From an uncultured Gammaproteobacteria bacterium (GTDB taxonomy: Bacteria > Patescibacteriota > Microgenomatia > Daviesbacterales > UBA10151), in NCBI GenBank assembly GCA_964522265.1, contig CAZFVS010000008.1:1-5865 (forward strand): a stretch of 5,865 nucleotides of DNA. The letters are read 5' to 3'. Both the position numbers and the translations under genes were made by a program. Below the pieces are notes generated by a model. That model did not search any database. It had not been told where the DNA came from and saw only the letters and a list, made by a program, of their open reading frames with translations. How positions within the stretch are numbered: position 1 is the stretch's first letter; every line of letters begins with the position of its first letter. Positions 5,457-5,865 of this stretch are shown here, piece after piece.

Positions 5457-5865
5457 AGTTTTTTACCTTTGTGCATTACTTTTAATATTTAACTCCTTTG
5501 TTGTTCCAGTTGTTCTAGCTCAAGTCCAGCCGGGGACTAAAAGTTACCAATACGATTCTATTGTAACTACGATAAAAATTAATAAGGACTCAACTTTCGA
5601 TTTTGAAGAAGACCTATTTTATGAATACCGAGGCAGTTTCCACCAGGCGTTCCGGAGCATCCCAATTAATAAATTTGATGAAATTACCGACATCAACGTT
5701 ACCGACGGAAAAACCGGAAAGGCACTGAGTTTTTCAAACTCCAGATTGGATAAACTTGACCCAAAATCTTGGGGGAGATTTACCTATTATAAAGAAAGCG
5801 GTTACCAGTATATTGAATGGTATTACGATCTGGCCGATACTACATATCCCTGGTCTGTCAGTTAC
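5449..5865 (+). CDS. DUF2207-like secreted/membrane protein, 5' partial (runs off the window)
   Basis: The frame is open from 5398 to the window end. The first canonical start is GTG 5449, overlapping the lemA stop by 8 nt. Translation is MLKVFYLCALLLIFNSFVVPVVLAQVQPGTKSYQYDSIVTTIKINKDSTFDFEEDLFYEYRGSFHQAFRSIPINKF.... That is a signal-peptide-like N-terminus followed by the pattern typical of the DUF2207 N-terminal domain. DUF2207 genes are commonly found next to lemA. Confidence 0.7.
   Translation, partial: MLKVFYLCALLLIFNSFVVPVVLAQVQPGTKSYQYDSIVTTIKINKDSTFDFEEDLFYEYRGSFHQAFRSIPINKFDEITDINVTDGKTGKALSFSNSRLDKLDPKSWGRFTYYKESGYQYIEWYYDLADTTYPWSVSY

Noticed and set aside
5534-5543. 10-mer GGACTAAAAG shared between 2-11 and 5534-5543
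   Set aside because: By rough estimate, several exact 10-mer coincidences are expected by chance in a window of about 5.9 kb. There is no extended similarity around either copy.
1-5865. Genome-wide UGA reassignment (code 4, UGA=Trp, or code 25, UGA=Gly) as the explanation for the in-frame TGA at 3099
   Set aside because: guaB, purA, sufB and lemA (about 1,590 codons) are full-length under the standard code with no in-frame TGA. All their Trp residues use TGG, and none of their many Gly residues uses TGA. In known code-4 and code-25 organisms, TGA sense codons are frequent. This is not formally excluded by one window, so it is kept as a low-probability alternative.

Overview
All supportable genes are on the + strand, tightly packed and AT-rich, with no recognisable Shine-Dalgarno (SD) sequence before any start codon. 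This looks like a streamlined genome of an uncultivated bacterium; a CPR/Patescibacteria-like origin is only a guess. Gene order: a divergent but apparently catalytically intact IMP dehydrogenase (guaB-like, 110-1621); adenylosuccinate synthetase (purA, 1659-3008); a small DUF5678-like frame (3015-3290) broken by one in-frame TGA, which is followed 5-6 nt later by a perfect 9-bp stem-loop; sufB (3328-4725) with no sufC or sufD beside it; a 203-nt spacer; lemA (4929-5456); and the 5' part of a DUF2207-like secreted/membrane protein (5449 to the window end), overlapping lemA by 8 nt. I found no tRNA, rRNA, CRISPR array, transposase or phage gene. The best candidate for something undescribed is the sufB-lemA spacer. 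Its 3' part is a GC-rich block of four hairpins (4826-4918), two of them abutting near-twin hairpins with GAA triloops. The block has mutually exclusive alternative pairings, holds the only strong SD-like sequence in the window (with no start codon behind it), and lies downstream of a TATAAT box. That fits a cis-regulatory leader RNA for the lemA-DUF2207 pair. The second point of interest is the TGA-interrupted small ORF (pseudogene versus recoding). All promoter and RNA-structure calls are by eye and unverified.
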